A stretch of 63,505 bases of DNA, filler included, from Octopus bimaculoides (GCF_001194135.2; 9 parts of 8 records of this genome joined end to end with filler, not necessarily neighbours in it); one strand, 5' to 3'. Counted from the first letter of the whole stretch, positions 1-12,579 are shown. The notes: generated from the letters alone by a model not told the origin. Numbers and translations: made by a program.

Positions 1-70
<70 letters not shown>

Positions 71-82
71 ACATATATATAT
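1..82. repeat. (AC)n/(AT)n microsatellite
   Basis: Directly visible dinucleotide run. Confidence 0.97.
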
Positions 83-463
83 ACACGCATGTACTAAACA
101 GACATACATACTTGTACCACGCATTGCAAGTTGTTCACACATAGACGTACGATCTCTTGGTAATCTCTTACATTCGTGACCGTTATATTGCATCACACTT
201 TGAAGGCTATACATTTACAATCGAAGAGCAGGAGATTGCAAGAAATTATCCAATAAACCAGAGGCAGTAAAGCCCTTGGAGCCCCTAAGATGCAACAGAA
301 GGCGTTTGATTATCTCACATTTTTGTGGAAGACCTCATACGCATGACCAGCAGCTGGTAAAACATGACACCAAGGCACTAAACTCGCAGTATGATATAAC
401 GTTGTTGCTAAAACAATATACGATGCTACCCGAAAAAAAAAACGCTATCCTGGAATAATTATA

Positions 464-628
464 GGCGCAAGCGTGACTGTGTGGTAAAAAACTTGCTTAC
501 TAACCACATGGTTCCGGATTCAGTCCCGCTGCATGGCACAATGTGCAAGTGTCCGCTACTATAGCCTTAGGCCGACCAAAGCCTTGTGAGTGGATTTGGT
601 TGACAGAAACTGAAAGCCGGTTGTATAT
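464..628 (+). mobile_element. tRNA-headed SINE, family A (5' part)
   Basis: A-box-like GTGACTGTGTGGTAA and B-box-like GGATTCAGTCCC; body matches the copies at 13750-14150 and 45775-46075. Confidence 0.85.
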
Positions 629-1402
629 ATATTATTTTGTTTAAAAAAGTTCCAATACTGTCTGTTTTTTATGTTTTATTTATATTCCTGCAGAACCAAT
701 GTGGGGTATAGAATATGGAATATACAATATATAATATAATATACAATATATAATATAAAATAAAATAAAAATGGATGGCACCATGAAATAAAGTATTGAA
801 TGTAGATGAAATATTGAGTGTTCAATATAAAGGATCAAATATATAAATCTAAATATAAATATATAAAGGCGACTCGAGTTTCAGGGCTATTTCCCTTCGT
901 CATGGCCGGTATGACAGACTTTAACAGACTGTCATACACTCATTTTGTAATATGGTTTTCCATGTTGTGTACAAATTTATGTATTATTTATGTTTCCAGA
1001 TTTTCGGCAACCTGCCATCATTTAATTGTCGTATCTGTTCGTGTTATTTACCGTTGAGTGCAAATCCCTAACTTCCTCATAAACAATGTAACGTGTTTTT
1101 TCCGGAAGCGGTATAAACAAAAAAAAAAGATTGCGTGGACGTCCAACTTCTTTGTACATGCATTATGAGGTCGTCCATGATGGATCCAATGTTCTTCGAG
1201 TTGTATCCTAGCAACAGATAAGATTTGTTCTTGTGATTTATTTATTCACATAGCAAAACCGAGTTTTACTGGAAACAGCAGTTATTGAAAGCGTAAAAGT
1301 ATTTTAGAAATACGATGAGTATTCTTGAGTCAAATAGCATTATGGATATTTTGGATGTAAAAGCATCTCATCCCACTCCTCACGAAACAACCGATCAGAA
1401 TA

Positions 1403-1895
1403 GCTGGCAGAATCATTAGCAACGCCGGACAAATCACGGGGTATTTGGGTTCAATCCCACTTCAGAGTACTTTGAGCAAGTGACTTCCACTTCTATTATA
1501 AACTCGGACCGGCGAATGCCTTATGTGCGAGTAGATTCAGTTGATAGAAACTGAGGTAGACTTTGCCTTTCATCCTTTCGGAGTCGATAAATTAAGTACC
1601 AGTTGCGTACTGGGTCGATGTAATCGACTTAATCCCTTTGTCTGTCCTTATTTGTCCCCTCTATGTTTATCCCCCAGTTGGCAATAAAGAAATAAGAAAC
1701 GTTTGTACGCCGAGCGAAATACTTAACGGTATTTCGTCTGTCTTTATCTTCTGAGTTCAAACTCCGCCGAGGTCGACTTTACATTTCATCCTTTCGGGGT
1801 CGATAAATTAAGTACCAGTTGCATACTGAGTCGATCTAAACGACTGCCTTCCTCCCAAAAAATTTCGGGCCTTGTGCCTAGAGTAGAATAGTATG
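1403..1895 (+). mobile_element. SINE family B composite/dimer (with an internal family-A-like piece)
   Basis: Two copies of the core GTCGACTTTGCCTTTCATCCTTTCGGGGTCGATAAATTAAGTACCAGT, each with a different tail. Confidence 0.85.
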
Positions 1896-3362
1896 CAATA
1901 GTATGCAATAGAAGTTTAAAATTTCTTCTTTCCGTGCGGCGCGGTACCAAACGAACTGCGGCCCGGTGGTTGGAGATTCCTACTCGAAAGGCGGAAGAGA
2001 ACCAAATCCCTTGATAGATTTGTTCCGACACATTAAAATTTGACACAAGCCCACTCTAAATTGATAATCTTTGCTCGAAATCCTTTAATTTAAAAAGCCC
2101 AATTGTTTGTTAGTATGTTTTTAGAAAATACATGCTTTCTGAAGACTTACTCTATATTCTCCTGGGTCAACTAGAAACAAATGGACTTTACTATTGCAAT
2201 ATCATAAGCCACATGATATCTTGTCTTACATTCTAGCACCACACTTATCACATGTTTTGCATACGAAGCCCAGAGACACAATTTTTTAGATAAACAATCG
2301 TGGTTAGGATCATAATTATACGCTATACAGCGCCATTACATTCGTCCAAATTATTTCTGTAGATATTTTTTCTCTGCAAAACTTTTAATCTTATATTTCA
2401 GTTTCTTTCACTCTCTTGTGCACTTTTTTCTCTTTTTACCTATCATTCTTTTTCTTTCTTTTTCTTTTGTTTTTGCATTCTTGTTTCTTTGTCCTTTTCA
2501 TTTTCTTATGATATTTTTCTTTCTATAATTTTCTCCCATTCACTGCAATCTTATTTCTCATAATCACTTGCTTTTTTCTCGTATTTCTTTCATATTTTCT
2601 CATCTTTTTCTTTTACAGTCTCATTTTTCTAATTCTTCCATTCTGTTTTGATATTTTCTTGCTATGGAGTTCTCTTAACTTTTCCAGTCTCATTTTCTCT
2701 CTTGTTTTCACTGTCTTCTGATGTAAATTTTCGTCTATGTATCTCTAACGCTGATGACTGTTTTCTAAAAATCTGTTAGTCAGGAGAGAAGGCAATTCTC
2801 ATGAACCCTCTATAAAGGGCCTCCGAAACTTGTGGTTGAGATGGAAGGCAGAAAGTATCATCAGGATAGAGAAGACCTGACTCAAATGCTTACAACAGAG
2901 TGGACTCGACTAGATGTACCCAAGGTGCTAGCTGGTGTTAAACCGGGCGACAGGTTAAGTATACAGCTTAAGATCATGGTAGGATTTGAACTCAGAACGT
3001 TAAGAGTCGGAACAAGAAATACCATGAAGCATTCTAACGTCTGACATTTTAACGACTTCACAAAGTCACCACTTTGACTGTGAGAAAGAGATCAGCGTCG
3101 TTGCATTTGTCAGTTGGACTCCTCTATTTAATATAGATATTTTCCTTTCCGTAAATGTTCGATTGCTCACGGTAAACTGACGAACAATAATTTAACCGCC
3201 ATTTTTACAATTAACCTAAATTGCTGCATTAATATGGCAACCAATTCAAACGTTACTACCGCACGTTCAATATCTACTCGTCTATGCTTAATATTAATGT
3301 TTTGGACTACTAAGAATAAAAATAAAACGAAAATGGTTTCTTAACGGAGAGTGCGACAACTG

Positions 3363-4440
3363 ATATTGGCTTCAAATTTTGGCAGAAGGTCAGCAAGCTC
3401 ATGAGAAGGAGTAAATCGATTACGATGAGCCCAGTGCAAAATTGGTACTTATTTTATGGATCCCAAAAAGGCATGAAAATCAAAGTCGACCTCAGCAGGA
3501 TTTGAACCCAAAACGCAAAGACGGACGAAATACCGCTAAGCGTTTTCCCCGGCGTGCAAACGATTCTCTTCTACTCTAGGCACAAGGCCTGAAATTTTGG
3601 GGGGAGGGGGACAGTCGATTAGATCGATCCCAGTACGCAACCGGTACTTAATTTATCGACCCCGAAAGGATGAAAGGCAAAGTCGACCTCGGTGGCATTT
3701 GAACTCAGAACGCAAAGACAGACGAAATACCACTAAGCAGTTCGCCCGGCGTGCAAAAGATTCTGCCAGTTCGCTGCCCTCAGTAAGTTACTGATATTGG
3801 TTTCAAACATTGGCACAAGTCCAGCAATTTCGAGAGAGGGTGTAAGTCGATTACATCGACCCCAGTGCTAAACCAGTACTTACTTCATGGGCCCCAAAAG
3901 GGATGAAAAGCAAAGTCCGCCTCGGCGGAATTTGAATTCAGAACGTAAAAACGGATGAAATGCATTTTGCCCAGAATGCTTACGATTCTTATTTCTTTAT
4001 TGCCCACAAAGGGCTAAATATAGAGGGGACAAACAAGGACAGAAAAAGGTATTAAGTCGATTACATCGACTCCAGTGCATAACTGGTACTTAATTTATCG
4101 ACCCCGAAAGGATGAGAGGCAAAGTCAGCCTCGGCGGAATTTCAACTTAGAACATAAAGACAGACGAAATACTGCTAAGCATTTCGCCCGGCGTGCTAAC
4201 GATTCTTATTTTTTTATTGTCCACAAAGGGCTAAACATAGAAGGGACAAACAAAGACAGACAAAGGTATTAAGTCGATTACATCGACTCCAGTGCATAAC
4301 TGGTACTTAATTTATCGACCCCGAAAAGATGAAAGGCAAAGTCGACCTCGACAGAATTTGAATTCAGAACGTAACGGCAGACGAAATACCGTTAAGCATT
4401 TCGCCCGGCGTTGCTAACGATTCTACCAGCTCGCCGCTTT
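3363..4440 (-). mobile_element. Array of five head-to-tail SINE family B copies
   Basis: Core ACTGGTACTTAATTTATCGACCCCGAAAGGATGAAAGGCAAAGTCGACCTCGGCGGAATTTGAACTCAGAACG recurs near 3440, 3640, 3875, 4080 and 4300. Confidence 0.9.
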
Positions 4441-4925
4441 CAGTACGGCTGCTAATATTTCCATCAAGAAAGTGTGATAATACACTAAACAAGCAATTAT
4501 CGTCGCTCATGTTTATTTAGCGATGAAATCTATCAAAGAGATAAGTTCATTTGATTTTGTTAATGATTTTACAATGAGTTTCGTAAAATACTCTTAACTT
4601 CACAGTTTACTTTAGACAGCTTCTTCGCGAAGATTATGGTAATTGCCATTGTCATTTATCAAGAGTAATAAGTCTCTAAACAAATAATTACCGTTTCCCA
4701 TTGTTGAATATTATCTGCTCAAAATTTAAAAGACGGTACAGTTCTGTGCTTCTGTTTCCTTCTGCTACTATTCATTTCCATTTTTATGGCTTTCCTTTAT
4801 CCTCGTTCCCGACTTGAACGCTAACTCCTTCCTCTGTCTAACTTCGTGGTAAATTGGTAGACAGCCAAATTAAAGTTTATATGTAGTAAAATATTCATGC
4901 CTGTACAAGAAGAAAGATAACTCAA

Positions 4926-5066
4926 TATTTATTGGTTTCAAATTTCGTCACAAGGCCGGCAGTTTCAAGAGAAGGAATAAATCGATTACATTGATTCCAG
5001 TGCTAAACCGGTGCTTGTTTTATCGACCCCGAAAATGATGAAAGGCAAAGTGGACCTCGGCAGAAT
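4926..5066 (-). mobile_element. SINE family B, 5'-truncated
   Basis: Tail and core match other family B copies. Confidence 0.75.
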
Positions 5067-5260
5067 AGGGGCAGCTGATGAAGGAATTATTCTTTACGTG
5101 GCATGTTTGTTTTCTGTGCTCTGTTTATGTTCTGTTTTTCATCTTGTCCACGTTTTTTTGTGACGCCCTGTACCTAGATATGCATCTATATGTACATGTA
5201 GATGTAGGTATGTACATACATGTACGTATATATGCATATACTCACATATTATTTGTATTA

Positions 5261-5337
<77 letters not shown>

Positions 5338-5699
5338 CATANNNNNNNNNNNNNNNNNNNNNNNNNNNNNNNNNNNNNNNNNNNNNNNNNNNNNNNNNNN
5401 NNNNNNNNNNNNNNNNNNNNNNNNTATATATATATATATATGCATTTATAATATAAACTGTAGTAAATTTAGAAACAGAAACAAGATATTCTATGTAAGT
5501 ACGTAAGTATGTATTTAAAAGATTTTCATGTGTACAAGTCCCTCGTGGTTAACGAGATCTCCCTGTGCACCTGTTCCTATATAAGGAAGGAATAAAATAC
5601 ATTTTCATTTCAGTATGTATGTTAGTGTGTGTGTGTGTGTGGGTGTACATTGGTGTGTATAGAGTTGTATTGCTGCGTATAAGGCAAAAAACTGGAACG

Positions 5700-5956
5700 A
5701 AGCAGCGTCAGCAGTAACATTGACAACATCATCGACAACCACAGGAAGATCATCATCATCAGCATCATCATCAACATCATGAGCACCATTATCATCATTT
5801 TCATCATCATCCTCAACAGCAGCATCCAGATCATCATCATCATCATCATCATCATCATGAGCAACGTCATCATCATTTTCATCATCATTATCGTCGGCAA
5901 TACCATCATTGTCATCAACGGCATCATGATCATGATCATTATCGTCATCATCATCG

Positions 5957-6003
<47 letters not shown>

Positions 6004-6200
6004 GTCATCATAATCGTAACCATTATCAACATCAACATCAACAAAATCGTCGTGAACATCAAGGCATCATCGTCATCATCATCATCATCATCATCATCAT
6101 CAACATCAACAACAACAACAACAACAACCACTACAACATCAACAACAATAATTGTTGCTACAGCAACAATTGTAACTTCAGTAACAACAACAATATCAAC
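5700..6200. repeat. (CAT)n/(CAA)n compound trinucleotide repeat
   Basis: Directly visible; explains the poly-I/M/D/S pseudo-ORFs. Confidence 0.95.
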
Positions 6201-6339
6201 TATGACCAAGACCGCTCAACCTGCTAGAAACAACAGTCAAATCTGCCTCGAACTCTTTCCCATCGTTTTGTACACAATGCCCGAAAAAAATATTAGGCGG
6301 TGTGGTCATCGTTGGAAGTCTTTCGGTCTGTGAGATTAG

Positions 6340-6984
6340 GACAAAACAACAACAGCAAAAACAATAGTCACAAGACCATAATGCTAGCAACATAAACAGC
6401 AGCAGAAACAGCAGCAGCAGCAGCAACAGCAGCAGTAGCAACATTGATAAGAACGACAAAACTAGCAACAACAAAAACAAAAGTAGCAGCAGTAACAACA
6501 ACAACAACAGCAACAGCAACAACAGCAGCCGGCAACAACAACAGCAGCAACATCAGCAGCAGCAGCCGGCAACAACAACAGCAGCAGCATCAGCTGCAGC
6601 AGCCGGCAACAACAGTTGAAGCAGCAGCGGCAGCAGCCGGCAACAACAGTTGAAGCAACGGCTACAACAGCAGCGGCAGCAGCAGCAGCAGATAAAGGCA
6701 GCCACAGCAACGATGATAACAACAATAAAAGCAGCGGCGATAGCAGCAGCGACTGCAGCAGCAACAGCGACTGCAGCAGCAACAGCAGCAGCAGAAGCAT
6801 CAACTGAAATAACAGCAACAGCAACAGCAGCAGCAGCAGCAGCAGTATCATCAGTAGCAGCAGAAACAGTAGCAGAAGCGAGAACAGCAGTAAATGGAAT
6901 AGCAAAAAAAAAAGAAACAACAGCAGCAAAGGCAACAACAGCAGAAACAACTCCAGCGGTAGCAGCAACAGCAGCAGAAACTGT

Positions 6985-7025
<41 letters not shown>

Positions 7026-7115
7026 AAACAACAACAAGCAGAATGGCAACAACAACAACAATGACAACAGCAACAACAGCAGCAGAAACAACAAAGAATC
7101 AGTATCAGTAACAGT
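6340..7115. repeat. (CAG)n/(CAA)n low-complexity tract
   Basis: Directly visible; includes short internal duplications such as GCAGCCGGCAACAACAGTTGAAGCA. Confidence 0.95.
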
Positions 7116-7355
7116 CAAAACAATAACAGCGAGACGACGGCGAAAGTGAAAGTAAAATAAATTAAAATGAGAGAAAATACATATATGTTCTTTCTTTGTT
7201 TTTGGTTTTTCTTTGTTTCTGAATATCATTTGAATTTGATCATTTTTTTTATTATTCATGTCCTAAGTAGCAAATAGCATTCAGGAATCCATTTTTTTTT
7301 TTTTGCTTACTTCAATCGCACATATATACGTTAATATATATATATATATTCAGTA

Positions 7356-8456
7356 ATGTGGTGAGTTGGCAGAATGGTTAGCACGCCGGTTGAAATGCTT
7401 AGCGGTATTTCGTCCGTCTTTACGTTTTGGCGGGGGCTCAAATGCCACCGAAGTCGATTATCCTTTTGGGATTGCTAAAATAAATACCTGTTGAACACTG
7501 GGGTCGATGTAATCGACTTAGACCCATGGTTCCCAACCTGGGGTCCACAACACTTGGTGGTCCGCAAAGGTAGTACTGGAGGTTCGTGAACAAAATCCAA
7601 AATTTCATATATNNNNNNNNNNNNNNNNNNNNNNNNNNNNNNNNNNNNNNNNNNNNNNNNNNNNNNNNNNNNNNNNNNNNNNNNNNNNNNNNNNNNNNNN
7701 NNNNNNNNNNNNNNNNNNNNNNNNNNNNNNNNNNNNNNNNNNNNNNNNNNNNNNNNNNNNNNNNNNNNNNNNNNNNNNNNNNNNNNNNNNNNNNNNNNNN
7801 NNNNNNNNNNNNNNNNNNNNNNNNNNNNNNNNNNNNNNNNNNNNNNNNNNNNNNNNNNNNNNNNNNNNNNNNNNNNNNNNNNNNNNNNNNNNNNNNNNNN
7901 NNNNNNNNNNNNNNNNNNNNNNNNNNNNNNNNNNNNNNNNNNNNNNNNNNNNNNNNNNNNNNNNNNNNNNNNNNNNNNNNNNNNNNNNNNNNNNNNNNNN
8001 NNNNNNNNNNNNNNNNNNNNNNNNNNNNNNNNNNNNNNNNNNNNNNNNNNNNNNNNNNNNNNNNNNNNNNNNNNNNNNNNNNNNNNNNNNNNNNNNNNNN
8101 NNNNNNNNNNNNNNNNNNNNNNNNNNNNNNNNNNNNNNNNNNNNNNNNNNNNNNNNNNNNNNNNNNNNNNNNNNNNNNNNNNNNNNNNNNNNNNNNNNNN
8201 NNNNNNNNNNNNNNNNNNNNNNNNNNNNNNNNNNNNNNNNNNNNNNNNNNNNNNNNNNNNNNNNNNNNNNNNNNNNNNNNNNNNNNNNNNTATATATATA
8301 TATATATATATCTTAAAAGGGATCCGTGGGAAAACTCATTTAAATATAAATAAAAGGCTTGGGAACCATTGATAGGAACCATTGTGAAAAGGTTGTGAAC
8401 CACTGACTTAGATCCTCGCACGAAATTGCTGGTCTTCTACCAAAATTTGAAACCAA
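7356..8456 (+). mobile_element. SINE family B interrupted by a hAT-type MITE
   Basis: Head and core at 7356-7523; tail (GAAATTGCTGG...CCAAAATTTGAAACC) resumes at 8414-8456. Confidence 0.75.
7524..8405. mobile_element. hAT (Charlie-like) non-autonomous DNA transposon
   Basis: Left end CCATGGTTCCCAACCTGGGGTCC; right ends TTGGGAACCATTG and AAAAGGTTGTGAACCACTG; 8-bp TSD ACTTAGAC (7516-7523) / ACTTAGAT (8406-8413). Interior is mostly an N gap. Confidence 0.75.
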
Positions 8457-8705
8457 AGTATGTATTCATTTACATACGCAAAGACTCATACACACGTACA
8501 CACATTTATTCAATTAATGTATGTATTAATAAAATTACATAAAGACTTACTTCTAACCCACACGCGCACCTGTATCATTACTCACATTACTATGTGTTTA
8601 TAAATATATATATGTATACATATATAATTTTCTTATTGCTTTCAGCCAGTGGCTGTGGTCATCCTGAGGTACCACCATTTACTATGTATGTATGTATGTA
8701 TGTGT

Positions 8706-9072
8706 GGAGGTGCAATGGCCTAGTGGTTTGGGCAGCGGACTCGCGGTTTCGATTCCCAGACCGGGCGTTGTGAGTGTTTATTGCGCGAAAACATCTAACG
8801 CTCCACGAGGCTTCGGCAGGGGATGGTGGTGAACCCTGCTGTACTCTTTCACCACAACTTTCTCTCACTCTTTCTTCCTGTTTCTGTTGTACCTGTATTT
8901 CAAAGGGCCAGCCTTGTCACACTGTGTCACGCTGAATATCCCCGAGAACTACGTTAAGAGTACACGTGTCTGTGGAGTGCTCAGCCACTTGCACGTTAAT
9001 TTCACGAGCAGGCTGTTCCGTTGATCGGATCAACTGGAACCCTCGACGTCGTAAGCGACGGAGTGCCAAAAA
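8706..9072 (+). mobile_element. tRNA-headed SINE, family C
   Basis: A box TGGCCTAGTGG, B box GGTTTCGATTCCC; about 370 bp body nearly identical to 15679-16061; inserted in a (TATG)n run. Confidence 0.9.
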
Positions 9073-9651
9073 TAACTAATGTATGTATGTATGCACGTAT
9101 GTATGTATGTATGTATGTATGTATGTGTGTGTGTTCGTGCGTGTTTGTGAGTGTGAGTACGTATGTACGCATATTAATAAACATACGTTAGCAATGGCGA
9201 AAAGATAATGTGAACCAAGAATAACATCAACCATGCTCCACCACCACCACCACAACCACTACCATCACCTCATCTTTCTTCTTTTACTAGAACTTCTACT
9301 AATGATAACGTTTTCTTTATTAGTCACAAGGGTTCGAAGAGATACAGGAAAAATATAAGGTAGCGTTAAACCGGAAGCTTACAAAAACGTGTAGGGTGAG
9401 ACCTAGAAATTGTACAAACATGATCGGGTGGAGATGAAAGACATTATACGTTACGTGGTTGGACAAATTAAAAATTAATAAGACACAAACGTTTACTCAA
9501 CTATGATAAATCACACAATAATTAAAACAAGATATTTATATTTTTTACTTGAGTCATTATTTTTTCCCGATAATGAGGACGATGTAGTCTCATTTGCCGA
9601 TTCATGAGTTGTGCATGTTGTCACCCTAGAACCGACATCCTCCGCAATTTG

Positions 9652-10368
9652 TTATTGATGCCTTTGTTCTGTTCTTTTAGATTTTTGTACAGAAAGTTTT
9701 AAGATGGCTTTTGCTGCCACATATGTAACAGCTAAGTTGTCTATCTTAGACGTTGAACTTTGAGATTTTCTCCTCGGCACCTTCAATATACACAGTTCTG
9801 ATATTGTTTTGTAGTCTTGCTCGATCATGAGAACACGCACGTCATTGATGGCCCCGCTTGGCTACATATTGCCGAAGGTTACATATCTACAGTTCAAGTA
9901 TCCATATTGTGTCACGAAAGTGACTGCTAGCTCGTCACCGATGTCCTAGAAGTTGATTCTTTTGTTCCTCCTTTCTAAATACTCCAGAGTAAACGCAGAT
10001 ATATTGGGTAGTATTTGGTCTTCAGCTTTTGTCCCAACTTCTGTTTTAAAGATGAGACATGTAAAACATATGTATTTTATTTCTCAATGATGGATATTTC
10101 ACTTACACTCGTTAGTGCTATCTCCAACTCGTACTTGGAGGAAACGTAAGCCTGTTGTGTTCTTGACAAGGCAGAGATAAGCTACTTTTCTTCTCTTACC
10201 AGCCCCTGTCTTTAAAGGACTGGTGTCAGTCCGATATACATGAAATTTGCAAGATTTCGATCTTCCAGCAAAGTGCTCCATATCGAGAACTTTTTGTTTA
10301 GAAAGGAAAAAAATATTGCGACGGACAGCCTTGGTACGTGCATTTGATGCTGTTGTTGTGGCTGCCAA
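9652..10368 (-). pseudogene. Decayed single-frame ORF of unknown family (239 codons, four in-frame stops)
   Basis: Track ORFs 10099-10368 and 9652-9840 share a frame; the intervening sequence reads as complex protein with no frameshift. Confidence 0.4.
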
Positions 10369-10739
10369 ATGGATTGTTTATTTTGCTATATTTTCGTATT
10401 AAAGTGATATATTTTTGTTTCTGTTATCTGTTTGTGTGTTCATTAATATGTTTTATACAATTTGTTTTCTTTTGCTGAGTAGTTGTTTTGCATTGTTTAC
10501 TACAATCTGAGAGACGGATCCGAAGAAAGAGAAGGCCAATTCTTTTACATTAGCATTACACTGTTGAATAAAATGAATATATATTAACGAAATAACCGAC
10601 TCTTTTTGGAAGGACTACTCTTACTAGTGAAGACATTACAGAAGATTTATCAAGCATCCCTGTGTGAAATAAAATCGAAAATGAAAATTACATTTTCCTG
10701 TTATACATGTAAAGCATCAAGCAGACCTGGAGTAAGATT

Positions 10740-11095
10740 TTATTCACGCATTGCAAAATGCAAACGGAACAAGTATGATGAATTGAAGTGGGAAATACGC
10801 AAGTTTGGGGCAATGAAGAGAGTGGACGTGATACCAATAGTGATTTATCCGATTAGAAATATCAACACTCAACTACCAACATGACTCAAAAGATTGGTAC
10901 AAATATAAAGACAGAACACTTACAAAAAATCAGCATTGCTTGGAACTACAAGAGTTCTCCACAAGGTTCTTGAAGCATGATCAGTAAAGAAATGCCACCT
11001 TAGTCTGCTGGCTGTGGACAGCTGACATTTTCCATTATATCCAGCAAAATAAGCTGAGAGTTTTCATCAATAATAATAATAATAATAATAATAAT
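10740..11095 (+). mobile_element. 3' end of R4/Dong-like non-LTR retrotransposon (restriction-like endonuclease C-terminus)
   Basis: Reads KYDELKWEIRKFGAMKRVDVIPIVI...KIGTNIKTEHLQK/SALLGTTRVLHKVLEA*, then a short 3' UTR and (TAA)n tail. Confidence 0.75.
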
Positions 11096-11309
11096 CCTTT
11101 CTACAAAATGCTCAATGCCTGGAATTTTGGAGGAAGGGACTAGTCGATTACGTTGAGCACAGTGTTTCACCGGTACTTAATTTATCGATTCCGACAGGAT
11201 AAAAGGCAAAGTCCGACCTCGGCGGAATTTGAACTCAGAACGTAGCGACAGGCGAAATACTACTAAGCATTTCGTCCCGCGTGCTAACTATTCAGCCAGC
11301 TAGCCACCT
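11095..11309 (-). mobile_element. SINE family B copy X
   Basis: Full head, core and tail in reverse orientation. Confidence 0.85.
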
Positions 11310-11399
11310 TTGAAATTGAGCATTCTATAAATGAAGCATAAAAAGTCTTTTATTCATTTTTGTTTCTTGAACCCTTGGTCTCATAAGGTCAAACGCTCA

Positions 11400-11638
11400 G
11401 TTTCTTATTTCTTTATTGCCTCCAAGGGGCTACACACATAGGGGACACACAAGGATAGACAAACGGATTAAGTCGATTACATCGACCTCAGTGCGTAACT
11501 GGTACTTATTTAATCGACCCCGAAAGGATGAAAGGCAAATTCGACCTCGGCGGAATTTGAACTCAGAACGTAGCGACAGGCGAAATACTACTAAGCATTT
11601 CGTCCCGCGTGCTAACTATTCAGCCAGCTAGCCACCTT
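11400..11638 (-). mobile_element. Chimeric SINE family B copy (3' part like 16320-16554, 5' part like copy X)
   Basis: Diagnostic bases switch within 11542-11572. Confidence 0.8.
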
Positions 11639-12145
11639 TGAAATTGAGCCCAACTTGATGTGCTATCAAGGTCGCTGTTCACAAGCCTTTATCAACAAGG
11701 ACACCGACACAATAATAATAATAATAATNNNNNNNNNNNNNNNNNNNNNNNNNNNNNNNNNNNNNNNNNNNNNNNNNNNNNNNNNNNNNNNNNNNNNNNN
11801 NNNNNNNNNNNNNNNNNNNNNNNNNNNNNNNNNNNNNNNNNNNNNNNNNNNNNNNNNNNNNNNNNNNNNNNNNNNNNNNNNNNNNNNNNNNNNNNNNNNN
11901 NNNNNNNNNNNNNNNNNNNNNNNNNNNNNNNNNNNNNNNNNNNNNNNNNNNNNNNNNNNNNNNNNNNNNNNNNNNNNNNNNNNNNNNNNNNNNNNNNNNN
12001 NNNNNNNNNNNNNNNNNNNNNNNNNNNNNNNNNNNNNNNNNNNNNNNNNNNNNNNNNNNNNNNNNNNNNNNNNNNNNNNNNNNNNNNNNNNNNNNNNNNN
12101 NNNNNNNNNNNNNNNNNNNNNNNNGAGAGAGAGAGAGAGAGAGAG

Positions 12146-12189
<44 letters not shown>

Positions 12190-12579
12190 TAGGAATAGAT
12201 GCTTAACGAAGCACTTTTATAATTAGACGATTTTAGATATGTTGTTATAGCTTACAGTATTGAAGTCAGACATCAAGGCCTGACCTTTGTTAATATAACT
12301 TAAGGGTCTTCATTTTACATTGATGTATTAAAATAATACAGAGTTTAATCAGTGTGAAAATTTAGTAACCCGGAGCTTAGGCTATGTTTAAGTTGGCTTC
12401 TGAAATGAAATAGATAAATGTCTAGATATCCTAACCTTTGTTGTGATCAGTGTTTCTTTTTGCGCAATACTACCAATAGAAAGAATAAGCCTCTATTAAA
12501 CATGTCTAACGTAAAGAGCCATTGAATCAGATTCTACGTCAAAGCTTCTCAAGGTTCTTTTTTGTTTTGTTTTGTTTTA

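Noticed and set aside
2380-2740. Long pyrimidine-rich tract as a splice acceptor region
   Set aside because: Low-complexity CT-rich DNA with no supportable downstream exon.
3363-4440. CRISPR-like regular repeats
   Set aside because: Units are about 200-bp SINE copies without unique spacers; eukaryotic context, no cas genes.
5068-5105. CTGATGA followed by a short stem (hammerhead candidate)
   Set aside because: No GAAA after stem II and no NUH or stem I pairing.
5622-7259. Long ORFs rich in poly-I/M/L/Q/A
   Set aside because: Translations of trinucleotide repeats, open in several frames on both strands, with no domain content.
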